Counted from the first letter of the whole stretch, positions 51,011 to 62,919 are shown. The stretch: 63,081 nt of DNA, filler included, from Collodictyon triciliatum (GCA_043381765.1; 4 parts of 4 records of this genome joined end to end with filler, not necessarily neighbours in it), one strand, 5' to 3'. Numbers and translations: made by a program. Notes: generated by a model not told the origin, from the sequence alone.

Positions 51011-54000
51011 GCATAAATTATGTACGGTATCATCAAAAATGATCTCAGCCAACTTTGAGCCCCTTGGTCAGAATATCAGCGTTGTGTTCGATATGCCAAC
51101 CGACAGAGCCGGGCTGTCAGACACTTTTGGTTGCGAGAGGCTGTTTGTAGGACTAGATGGAATCAGTTGTAATTGGGATGATGACAGCACCGCAGTCATT
51201 CAAGCCTCATGCAGCAATAAAATAGCTAATGGGACTGTTATAACCCTAGTTGAGGGAAACTTGCGCATTAAGTCACCATGCGTTGACGCCCCAGCAAGCT
51301 CAGGCTCGATAACAACCTCTATGCCTTCCACGGTTGTATCCATAATTGTGGGGCTTTCTGGCCCTCAGAGAATCGGAAAGTGCTCGCAGCTGGACGTGGA
51401 TTCTTCTGCGACCAAACTCATATCAAATAGATGCTTAAATCTATCATACCGATGGAGTGTTAGCTCAAGCACTCCCATTCCAGAGATATCGAAGCCCAAT
51501 ATAGATAAAATCCTAGCCAAATCATCGGACACTCTATCGATTGATGATGACTTACCGCCGGGCAATATCTACACATTCCAATTGACCATATCAACTCCAT
51601 TTGGTATATCTGGGTCAGGGAGCATCGTCGTGGAGAAAGCAACAGAGGCTCTCCCAACGATAATAATTGGAGGTACAAGAGCTCAGTCTGCTCTTCCATC
51701 CAGATTCACTACATTTTCAGGCTCAGGTAAAATCCCAAAGTGTCTGTCAGGAACATCGATTGATTTCACTTGGGACCAATCATCTGGAGACACCATCCAA
51801 CTAAATCCTATCTCGAAGTTGACAAACACCATGACGCTGACACCCTTCCAAATTGTACCATTCAAATCATATGGCCTAAGATTGACTGGATGCGTTCCCC
51901 TTGATGACACCAACAAGGCTTGTAACTACGCCGATGTTACTGTTGATGGTATATCCAGTGGGTTGCGAGCGATGATTGCTGGAGGTACAGCAAGTGTAGC
52001 AGGCACAGTGCGCGATTTTACTGTCGATGCCACCATCTCACTCGACCCTGAAGTCCAAACGCAAGACCCGGCAGCCATGCGATATAGCTGGGCCTGCAAT
52101 GACATGGCATCAGCACAACCGTGCCGAACCCCGTCCACCAACGAAGTTATCACATTTTCTAATGACGGAGTTATAACTATCAAGCAGAAGAAGGACAGTG
52201 TCACTCTGGGGCCTGGGTTTTATGTGTTCACTGTGACAGTCACAAAAATAACAGGGGATTATACACCTGCTTCCGCTTCTAAGACTATGCAAATTGTGGA
52301 CGGTGACCCACCGATTGTTTTAGTGTCGCCATTGGACCAGGAGTTCCCATCAGTCTCGCTGCCCCTACGTATTTCAGGCACAGCTACATCAACCATGGGA
52401 AATCCTCTGACATATTCTTGGACAATCAGTGGGGGAGTATCGTCATTCAGCGAGTTGGGAATGGAATCGTCATCTTTATCAGCACCTCGCCTGTCAATAG
52501 CAGCAAGCAAGCTGAAAGACAACACCGATTTCACAGTGAGGTTTTTGGCCACAGATTCAGTACAAAAAATCAGCGGATACTCTGAAATATCATTCAAGAC
52601 CAATGTCCTTCCTTTTGGAGGCACATTTGAGATTCCAACAGATGGAGGAGAGCAAATGTCACCATTCACCTTCCAGGCGAAAGGATGGCAGACCTTTGAC
52701 TTCAATTATCCTCTTAGCTTTGCGTTTGGATATATACTGACTGATGGGGGACTCGACCAGGTGGTCTCTTCATATGCGCCATCCTCTGGTCGAAGTATCA
52801 TCATGCCTGCAGGAAAGATGAGTGGCGCCAAGGAAGGGATGACCTTGCTGAAAGGTGTGCTTTACATAACCGATGTGAATAGCAATACAGTCAGGGTTGA
52901 AAAACTCGTCAATGTCAAACCACTGGTTTTTGCTGACGATTCTGCGAGAGCTACATCATCCGATTCCTTCGTGTCGAATCAAATGAACGCTGCATTGCTC
53001 CAAGGGAACTTGGATTTGGTTGGACAGTACAATTCGGGGTCTATGGATATTATCAATTCCATGGCTTCGGGTAGCAGTCGCATGTCTGTAGAAAAGAAGC
53101 AAACATCTTCGAAATGCTCAACAGCCCAAAACAATGCCTCGGGAACTCGCTTGAAGGCATTCAATGCCATGAAAACAACAAACTCGAAGCAGGTATTTTA
53201 CACTGCAATGCAGAGCGACGGAAATATCCAGCAGTTTTCCTCTATCATGGGAGATACGTGTCTTGGTTCATCTTTAATATCTGATGGCTCTACCTATCTC
53301 ACTCAGCTTGCAAGTTTGTCCTCATACCAATCTTATTTTATCTATTTATTTTGTATTTTTTATTTTTTTTACATTTATAAATACTGATGAGCAGTTGTCT
53401 AACCGGTATATATCCTTCACATAGGCAAAACCGGTTCAACTTCTGTCTTGTCGACGACTGGAACATCTGTCCTTGGGGCGTATGCTAACCTGTTTACATC
53501 TGCGCAAAGGCTTCCCAGCAGCCGAAGGGCAGCAGCCGCAGCTCCCGAGACGATTCTCAAGGCAGCAGAAAGTGCAACGAAGGCAATTGCAAGGTCAGGA
53601 ATCAAAGAGCAGCTGTGTGGAGACACTGGATATGCAGCCTCGTCCACATTGATGCAGACATCGTCATACAAACAATGTTCCGACAGCAACCCAACCACGG
53701 TGACTATCTCGACCACAGGAACCCCAAGCGTGTTACTGAGCAAAGAGTCATACGGAGCCAACTCTAACCCCACGCTGCACCTTTCCAACACCGCAAACAA
53801 CTTTTACAAATCCACCGCGACAATCGGTTCCACTCTCTTGAGTGTGGACTTGGAAACATCCGGGGTCAACGGACAGGAAATCGCGGTGAAGAATCTGCAG
53901 GCGCCCGTCACCATCACCCTCGCGCGCGCAAACCCGGGCAACGTGGACTTGAAGGAATACACCCCGACATGCAGCTACTACGACGAAGTCAAGAAGGACT

Positions 54001-54539
54001 GGAGCGGGGAAGGATGCACGCTAGTGAGCTTCACAAACACGCAGGTTGTCTGCAAATGCACACATCTGACGTCCTTTGCAAGCACTCTGCGCCGCACCAC
54101 CGGAGGCACAAAGTCGAGAAGCCGGTCTCGCAGCAGGACAAAGTCAAAGAGGCCGGCCGGCCCATCGAAGAGCCCTGGCCCAGCCAACCAGACCCCAATC
54201 AAGAAACCAGACCCGGGCGGCAGAGGTGGCGGGAGCGGCTCGATGGGAGCGATAATCGGTGGAGTCCTCGGTGGAGTTGGGGCAACCATGACGCTCGGTG
54301 GCATTATGCTCTACATCCGCCGCCGTAGCCTGATGAGAACGCTTCCATCAAAGCCTCCACCCCGCAGAAGCACACCCCCACTCACAGAGCCGGGCTATGT
54401 TCCAACATTCCCACGGTCCCCGAAGTCACCGGGCTCTCTTTCCAGCTCTTCAGATTCTGATTCTCTCCCGGCTTCATTGCGGTCTGGGCGCGGCCCTCAG
54501 CCTAGTCTGCCGGACGATGCCGAGGAGCGTGTCTATTGA
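51011..54539 (+). CDS. PKD/REJ-like domain, GAIN/GPS and a single transmembrane helix (polycystin-1/adhesion-receptor-like); exons ~51011-53314 and ~53425-54539
   Basis: Branch-like GACTAAC at 50985 and acceptor at 51010. Repeated Ig/PKD-like YxWS/YxFxLT segments (LDASxSxDP-like VDATISLDP, YSWAC, FTVTVTK, GGTFEI..FTFQAKGW). GPS motif CSYYDEVKKDWSGEGC...CKCTHL/TSFA at 53970-54080. One TM at ~54249-54317, a Pro/Ser-rich tail and TGA at 54537-54539. Confidence 0.85.
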
Positions 54540-54873
54540 CGCCCTTGAGAGTTTGGAGATCATTCCGCCTCACTAAACTGAAGCCTCATACAAATAGTGT
54601 GAAAGAATGATACGGCAGATGGGAAACTGCCGTCATCAAAGCGTGGCGGTGCTCTGGATCTACTGGCCTGCCTTTTGTTCTATTCTCTTATAATACCTCT
54701 CCCAAAATAATGATAATAATAATAATAATAACGTTCTCTCACTTAAAGAGACATGCGATGTCTTCCTTGGGCTGCTTTATTCGATATGCAGGCTGTGTGG
54801 GCATCGAAGGAGAAGCAGCAGGGCGGGTGGGGCGATTGGCCTTCTCGCTTGGTTGCGTCTGTCTTTAGCTTCT

Positions 54874-55688
54874 TTACAGAAGCTCGCAGCCGCCCGTGTT
54901 GGCCTTCTGCGGCTTGTCTGGGGTGAGGACCACCTTGATGGCCTCATCAAAGACCTTCTTGAGGTTTGTCTGGGTCAGGGCAGAGCACTCGATGTAGCGG
55001 GCGGCTCCAATCTCCTTGGCCAGCTGGCGACCTTTCTCTTCAGTCACGGGCGCCATCTTCTTCTCGCGCAGCTTGTCAATGGTGTCCTTGTCCTCACGCA
55101 TGTCCAGCTTCGTTCCCACAAGGATAATCGGAGTCTTGGGTGCGTGGTGGCGGACTTCAGGCACCCACTGGCGCGATGGAAGAGAGTTTTAGCAATCAAT
55201 CTGGGAGTTGCGAGACCATCGGGCAGGTTCGGGTGCGGTACCTTGGCCTTGACGTTCTCGTACGAGGACGGGCTGATGAGCGAGAAGCAGATGAGGAAGA
55301 CGTCGGTCTGGGGATAGCTCAGCGGGCGAAGGCGATCATAGTCCTCTTGTCCTGTCAAAAGGAGTCGGGGAAGGGATTGAGTCCCGGTGAATGACGCTAG
55401 GTGGTGAGATGCGGTGGGGGAAACTCGGTACCGGCTGTGTCCCAGAGGCCCAAGCTGATTGGTTTTCCATCGAACTTGATATCGGCCGAGTAGTTGCCGA
55501 AGACGGTCGGGATGTACTCTCCGGGGAAGGCGTTTGTGGTGTAGGAGAAGATTAGGCAGGTCTTTCTGTGTGTCCAGAGGGAACAGGTTAGCGCAATTCT
55601 CTTTTGACAGGTGAGTCTGTGCTCGGCGGTGCATGGCTACATACCCGACGGCTCCGTCACCAACAACGACGCATTTCACGCTGCGCAT
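54874..55688 (-). CDS. RAC: Rac-family Rho GTPase (exons 55688-55645, 55565-55432, 55351-55242, 55167-54874)
   Basis: [62 protein letters not shown] and C-terminal CAAX CELL*. Confidence 0.96.
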
Positions 55689-55789
55689 GCCAAATGGCAG
55701 CTGTTTCTGCTCAACGGCGTAGGTAAGTCGAATGGAAGATTCATAGTTTCGGCTTCTTTGGTTTTATTGCTGTGTTTTTTTTTATTTTT

Positions 55790-55920
55790 GTTGTTTTTTA
55801 TTTCTTTTCTTTTGCTTTCTTTTGCTTTCTTTTCATTTCATTTCTTTTGCTTTCTTTTCTTTTCTTTTCTTTTCTTTTCTTTTCTTTTGCTTTCTTTTGC
55901 TTTCTTTTGCTTTCTTTTGC
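55790..55920. repeat. (TTTTC/TTTGC)n tract upstream of Rac
   Basis: Direct reading. Confidence 0.9.
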
Positions 55921-56687
55921 GGCGCGGTGACGATGAAGGTGGCTAATAAAAAAAAAATGGGACTGCGCAGACTCTGGATTTTTGCGGTTCACGCACGCCA
56001 AAACGTCAGGCGCCACCAGGAACAAAGCAACTTGTGAATGGTCATTCCCTTCGTGCTCTTGCTTGGGGATCTTCTGTGAGGAGTGGGCCGAGCCGCTTTG
56101 ACAGCTCCGACTGCCGAGCCGCAACGCCTCGCTGCCTGGCGTGATCTATTCAACCGCAGCCTCCCGCACGCTACGCGGCCATTCGCGGAAATGATCCGTG
56201 ACAGCCAAGCAGAAACCTTTCGCGCCTGAACCGAGGGGCTAAATTCCCGCTTCCTTATAGCTGCGGTAGCGCCATCCTGCTATGAAAGGCACAAAACTTT
56301 CCGTGAATACGCATAATGTGGGATATCCGTTATGTGAATGCCACATTAATGTTTATTATAGTAAAATATATGATAATAATTAGTATGTATTGTTTTATAA
56401 ATCAATTTGTCTCACATAATGGCCTATTTGAAATATAAATTACTAAATTCCAGATATGTATATGACAACAGCTTCTGCGAGGCTTGCACGTGCCAGTTTC
56501 GTCTTATCTCCGAACACCCGTGTTCGTTGTTTGTTTGTTTTTATGAGGCTGCGCGTGACCCAGGGGATGACATCGGCAGGCCTGACATAGAATTAATCTT
56601 CGAGACAAAGTGATGCAGTAGGCTCGTATATAAGCACTGAGAGCTGGGATGGCTGCCCCTACACCACCTGCAGGACTCTGCACCAAG

Positions 56688-59444
56688 CTAGTCTCTCCCA
56701 AATCGCGTGCGGTTGCGCTCATAGACCTTGGCGATGGTTTCATCAGTCACCACCTCTGTCGCAATCTCAGCGGACTGGCCCGCTCGTGTCGAGCTTACTG
56801 GGGAGGCAGTGGAGTCTGCAGGCTTTGGGGATGAGACGGGCGTCCTGGGCTTCTTTGGGGACCTGCTCCGGCTACGGGTTTCCTTCTCGTCTTCCTTTTC
56901 TTTCTTGGGTGTTTTTGTCTTCTTCCCTTTCTCACTGCGTGATGGCTCAGACTTTGCGCCGGCTGAAAAAGTCTTTGGGACGTTGGGGCTCACCACGATG
57001 GAACCTTGGCGGGTGTGGCGCACAACGCGATTCCCAAGGACAGAGGCGACGTTGGGAGAGATGTATCCTGTTTGGACGAGATGAGAGAGGATTCGGCCTG
57101 AGCGACGAAGCGGCTCTCCGTTGCTGCCCATCTTTGTGTAGTATTCAGTGGTCTTGGGAAGGGACGGATTTGCCGGGGTGTTGGGCGCAGGGGTTGAGGG
57201 GGCCGAGCGTGCTTTCTTTGGCGACGGAGTTGCGGTCTCTGCTTTCTTTGGGCTTGATGGTGGGGTAATTGGAGCTCCATCGGCTTCTCCGCTTGCATCG
57301 CTGGCACCTTTCTTTGTGCGTGGCTTTGTCTTTTTGACAGCCGACTTGGATACAAGAGATGGGTGCGAGCGGAAAGGAGCTGTGGTGAATGAAAAAGTTG
57401 GTGCGCTGGTCGGTCGCCCCTTGAGCTTCTCTCGGGCCTCTTTCAGGGACTCGGATGTAATGAAGCAGTCTGCATTGTCTGTTTTGCTGAAAAAGTGTTT
57501 GATGATATGAGTATGTGTATCATAAAGAATTGTGACTAGAATGAATCAAAGTGCTATATAGGTGAATGGTAAATGGTTTGATAAAGGACCGACATTATGA
57601 TTTTGATTCGCGTAAGATATATTGGCATTATTCCATGTGTAATAAATAAGTGTCACATTTGTTTGTCCACCAATAGTTTGTTGACTTGTCTGTTGGCTGC
57701 TGCGAGCTTCTGAGTTACAATGCGGATGATTTCACCATCCTCCATGTCTGGGTTCGCCACTGAAGCAAATCCGCAAAAAAAAAAATATATTCGTTAGTTG
57801 CTGTGCGTGGCGCCTTTATGGGTGTGTTGATATGGGTATCATTAAAATAGATTATAGACATCATCAGCGGAATGAGAAAAATTATAATAAGATTTTTTTC
57901 CTTTATAAAAAAAATTATAATAAGATTTAATACTCTTTAAAGCTCTGCGTTCATTCTCCACTTCTATTGACAGCTTTTCCATGGCTATTTCCTCCTCAGC
58001 TCCACCGACAATTACCTTCGGTAGCAGGAGTGAATCTGTAAGAGAAATGAACTTTCCCGTTGTGATTTCGCTGATTGCCTCAAAGAAAGCGCCTGAATTA
58101 CCACTGATTCCACCGCACCAGACAGAGTATAAGAGGATTCGTTTGTCCTTCATCTTATTATCCATAACTTGGTTTAGTTACATCGTTCCTTCACGTAGAA
58201 ATCGATTTTCACACATCTATGTGATAGGTCTCGAAGACAGAAAAAAAAACAGGAAAAATAAAAAAAAATGCGAAGAAAAAAAAAGTTTTCACTTGGCGCG
58301 CAATTTGTAGTGGGTCATCTCCGTCTGGGGCTCCGTCTGGAAATCCATCATATCCTTCTCCAATCCCATGCGGAGGTGCATCCGCAATCAAGATGCAAAT
58401 CTTCCATTCGATAAATTAGGGTGAGTTGGGTGATTGTTAGGGATTCGACATAGAAGAGAAGAAAAAGAAGGAAAAAAAGAAGGAAAAAAGAAGGAAAAAA
58501 GAAGGAAAAAAGAAGGAAAAAAGAAGGAAAAAAGAAGGAAAAAAAGAAGGAAAAAAAGAAGGAAAAAAAGAAGGAAAAAAGAAGAAAAAAAGAAGGAAAA
58601 GAATATAAGGAGGCTCATTCACTTTAACTGCATCCTCGCGATATTTTAGCTCAAGGAGTTGTCTCATGCCGGCAGTCACGGCCTCCGGACCGTCTCCTCC
58701 TCCGTTAGCCTCCATCGTATTGATATTCCTGTCCACATTTAAAAGAGTATAAAAAAAAACTTATCTATGGATGCTGTGTGTTGCACTCACTAGCAATTAT
58801 TCCAATTCAACAAATAATGCATAATCATATCAGACTTTTATAGTCTGGGTACTCACTTTTTCATCTCATGTATGTCGGGTGTGAAGTCAAAAGTCTTTGT
58901 CACGTAGGTTGAATCTTGTGGGGGATGGTCTCTGTGCCGTGAAAGAGATAAGAGAGGAAACATCATGGAAGATCACAAGTCATTAGCTGCAACAGAGCTG
59001 AGGCCGCGATAATTGAAAATAAAAAGATAACAATAACAGCAATTACAAATAAAACTATCTATAATTGAATGAAGGAAGAAAAGGAAAGGCACAGAAGAAC
59101 CAAGACACCTGTAGCACACTAGAGCATATCTCAAGTCACGGCTCTCACTGGCAAGGATTTCTTCGGATATCTTGATGATATTTTCCTTCACAGAGGCTAT
59201 GTAAGAGCCCATGCTGGAGGTGAAATTGTAAGCGTCTACATATTTACATGAAACGAAAGGGAGAAGTCAAATGGAAACAATCACAATAAAACAAACAATA
59301 AAACAAACAATAAAACAAACAATAAAACAAACAATAAAACAAACAATAAAACAAACAAAAACCAAAAAAAAATAGAAATGCTTAAACAGAATACCTTCCT
59401 GTGCAGTCGCAGCAAAAGACGAGATCGAGGAGAGGAGTGGACAT
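56688..59444 (-). CDS. Intracellular von Willebrand factor A domain protein with basic S/TPKK-rich C-terminal tail
   Basis: MSTPLLDLVFCCDCTG|SMGSYI (MIDAS-type DxTGS), YR|DHPPQDSTYVT, ANGGGDGPEAV and IADAPPHG, which match the vwkA/alpha-kinase-associated vWA type. No signal peptide. The last exon ends RFGRD* (TAG 56688-56690). Confidence 0.88.
58455..58600. repeat. Intronic (AAAAAAGAAGG)n-type repeat
   Basis: Direct reading. Confidence 0.9.
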
Positions 59445-59543
59445 GATTCAAGGAACCTGCGCAAGCAATTTAGGAGGCTCTATCAACAGAAGTAGTATTC
59501 AACGATGTTTGTATACTCTGCGAAGGGAAGGAGGAAACGGCTT

Positions 59544-59544
<1 letters not shown>

Positions 59545-59640
<96 letters not shown>

Positions 59641-59641
59641 A
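59545..59641. repeat. (GAAA)n microsatellite at the contig end
   Basis: Direct reading. Confidence 0.95.
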
Positions 59642-59741
59642 NNNNNNNNNNNNNNNNNNNNNNNNNNNNNNNNNNNNNNNNNNNNTTAATTAATTAANNN
59701 NNNNNNNNNNNNNNNNNNNNNNNNNNNNNNNNNNNNNNNNN
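59642..59741. other. Artificial contig-joining linker
   Basis: Same N44-TTAATTAATTAA-N44 spacer. Confidence 0.97.
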
Positions 59742-60357
59742 CGCTCTTTGAGGATGCGCTTTGGATACTTTTTGCCCATGACCGTAAACTTTGCAGGGAG
59801 CTGGTTCTTGTGACAAAGAAGCTTCACCACGGCCGTGTCTGTGAAAAAGCATTTGTCCTTTATCTTTATCTCCACGTGGGTCGGTCTGAACGGCTTCAGC
59901 TCCCCACGAAGGAGTTGCAACCACACGTCCAGTGGTAATTGGTAGAGTATGAACGAGGTTTCTGTTGGTTTACTTCTGCTGAAGCTGACCGTAATATCAC
60001 TCAAACTTAACTGCTTCAGCTCTAGAAGCTTTCGGACGTTTTCTGCAGTGCGGAAGGCAATCCAGCAAGAGCCTTCGCTTTCCGGGAAGCGCAGTTGGAT
60101 GGACTCTTCCGAAAGTTTGTTCGCTTTCAAGAAGGAGGCGAGCGCATCAGTGAGTCTGCGGGCCTTGTTCTGGTTGTAAACGGCTTGCTCGACCCGTGCA
60201 AAAATACTGTCGGCTCAGACAGATTTGCAGACGGCTTCTTTGTATGGGTTTTCTTAGACTTACGTGCAACTCCTGGTTTCTCCGCACCAGCGTTGGAACC
60301 AGAAGGACTGGCTGCAACTTGCAAAGCCATCGATGGGTCGCGGCTTTTGTTTTCCAT
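59742..60357 (-). mobile_element. Disrupted non-LTR retrotransposon ORF1-like (L1/Tx1-type RRM-like) fragment
   Basis: Intronless frame YKEAVCKSV*ADSIFARV...CWIAFRTAENVRKLL...FILYQLPLDV..LLRGEL...TDTAVVKL...LPAKFTVMGK resembles the LINE ORF1p pattern. In-frame stops at 60215-60217, 60254-60256 and 60260-60262; truncated at the contig end. Confidence 0.5.
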
Positions 60358-60442
60358 CAGGCGTGTAAGACAGATTAATAGTCACGGGCAGGAAGTATGT
60401 AAAATGAGTTATTGAGCGGTACCATACACCGGGAATATTTTA

Positions 60443-62329
60443 TCAAATATGGGGATTTTTTTTCACTTCCACAGTTTCTGTCATGAACAAAACCCGATGC
60501 TTTTTTTTCAAGTAGCCCCAGTAAAATCGAAACGCAAACAGGCTAATTGAAAAGAAAGATGAAGATAGAATCATGTTGGATGAGAAAATATCTCTTCCGC
60601 CAACGGCAACAAGAACATCATTTGAGAACGTCCTACCAATATTCAGTTTGCTCAAAACTGCTATAGCAAGTGACCAAAACACCCCAATCAATGATATGTA
60701 GGATGAAGTCCGATATTTTATGTTCAGGGTATCAATCATGACGCACCACAAGAGGGTCAGGGTGCTAAAAAACCAGAAAACAACCCGGTAATCCCAATTA
60801 CACAAAACCCCAGAGGACACGAACGATTGTGCAATAAGGAATACCACATACCAGAAATCAAAAGACCTAACCATGCAGTGGAATAAAAATAAATTGCTGG
60901 TCAGCGTGACTTGAACGATAATAAATGCAATACCAAGTGAGGTTACGATTACTCCAATGCCAAAAAATTACATACCAAAATCAACCCCAACTGACAAAGG
61001 AAACGAGAAGACTGTCGATAAAATGCATACTGAAATGCCAAAATTATTGTAATAGTTTGATTTCATCAGAATAGATAAGTATCGAATTTTACTGATCCCC
61101 AAAATATAATACAGCGTGTTTCTGTTGTCATACTCTACAATCTTCTCTTTTAGTATTCCTAAAAAAAGTAGATGGGATTCTTCAACTCCGTTTACTCCTC
61201 TACTATCTTCACGCCCAATACCATTTTCGGAAGAGATATTATGTCCTTCGGGAGGCAGCACCCCATCTACTTTTTCAGAGACATAATTGTTTTCTGTGAC
61301 CTTTGGTACCACAGACGAAAAAAACTCTGCTTCTCGATCCGTCTGTTTAGCAGCAGATATTCTAATATCATCTTGAAATTCATAAAATTCTGCAAGGAAG
61401 ACTATACAAGAGGACTTTTTCAAAACAATATGATTGTAAATTATTCTCAACAGATAAAGAAGGCATGTAGATAAATTGTCCAAGGCCAGAAGTCGGAAAT
61501 CAATTATTCTGACACCCCCATTACCAAGTGAAACAGATTCATACTGAAAGTCAGGTAAACGCAGAACCAGTATCAAAGCGATAGGAATGTAAGAGAGAAA
61601 TCCCAGCAACACAGACATCTTCATAAGTGTGTCTCTCTTACCAAAATGGGCATCAAAGAAGAGCAACAAGGCAACACTCAATACTGAATGTAAGGTCACA
61701 CATACATTTTGGATGGATAGTCCCCAAAGCAAAATGTAACAAACATGAAAAGATACAATACTGTAGGTTGTATACCAAAAATTGAAAGACCTGATGATTT
61801 CCCTTGCAATGTCCGATAATATAAAGAAAGAATGATAGATGGTAAAAGAAAACATCAGCATTATTTGCAAGGTTACGTAAACATTTGGCGGGAGAAGTGG
61901 GCACTGAAAGAATATCGCCAGCACATTTGCATGACAAACCAGCCAAGAAAGAAATATTAACATAGTGACAAAATAGTTTTTGCATAAACTCTCAATTAAT
62001 TCAAATACGGCAGCATTCTGTACGAGGGCAGATAAGAGGGTTTTGTTTCTTCTGATTTTTTTGGTTCTTTCTCTTATGACCAACCTGAAGGCTGTTTGTT
62101 TCCTGGGATTGTGGAGCTTTTGATCAGACAAACCGTTCCCATCTTGCTCTGCGGGTTTGGTGCCGACTGCGTACGAGCCTGGCTGGTTTTGCTCTTCAGT
62201 GACGCACTTTATTTGTTCTTCGCTCCCGGGTTGCTGGGGTTCTGTTTGTTTGCTGACACGACTTGGGCCCTGATCGGATGTGGTTGGTTGTAGTGGAGGG
62301 CCATCCCATTCAAGGTCACTCAGTTCCAT
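60443..62329 (-). CDS. Uncharacterised multi-pass membrane protein with two homologous halves, interrupted by an in-frame TAA or a 66-nt intron
   Basis: ORFs 62329-60971 and 60967-60443 share one frame. There are about 6 hydrophobic segments per half, and the motif repeats as RSFNFWY and RSFDFWY. Confidence 0.7.
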
Positions 62330-62919
62330 GCCGGATGACTTCTGCTCTACAACAAACGATACAGAGAAATTATCCTTCGTTAGAAGGTATTCTGTGGTAA
62401 GCCACGTTATCAAACAAGCTCAAGAGGGTCGACCAAAGCGAAGCCTCTGTCGTGTTGAGTTATCGTATTCCGGCTCCCCTCGAGTAAAAGGCAGAGCGAG
62501 CCTATATTGCGATCACTTTGTTCCGTTTGGGACTCTCTGCATAGCAAAAAATGATAAATAAGGTGTTTACGTGGATGAGAAGTGGGCAGAGTTGTTGCAA
62601 ATGTATACGCTTTATGGTGCGAGTAGAACAACTCTCTTTTGCTTATATTTACATATACATATATTATGAAGAACAGACAAAAGCATTTCGTGGATGTCGC
62701 ACATGCAAATTTGAAGTTTTTTAGGCGGCTTTAATATATTTTCCACATTGAGAATTAATATTTATTTATTTGAATTTTTTTTTCCCACACCTTTATTTTC
62801 GTTGTCAAAGCACATTCAACACAAACACAGAAAACAGCGTACAAGGCACAAAACACACCCGCCCAGTTGAACACAACAGATCGCAGTCCGCCAACAAACG
62901 TGGCATGACACTCACTTCT

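Noticed and set aside
55975-56000. Sm-site-like ATTTTTG near small hairpins (possible SL RNA or snRNA)
   Set aside because: There is no convincing leader, donor and stem-loop layout, and the motif is common by chance.
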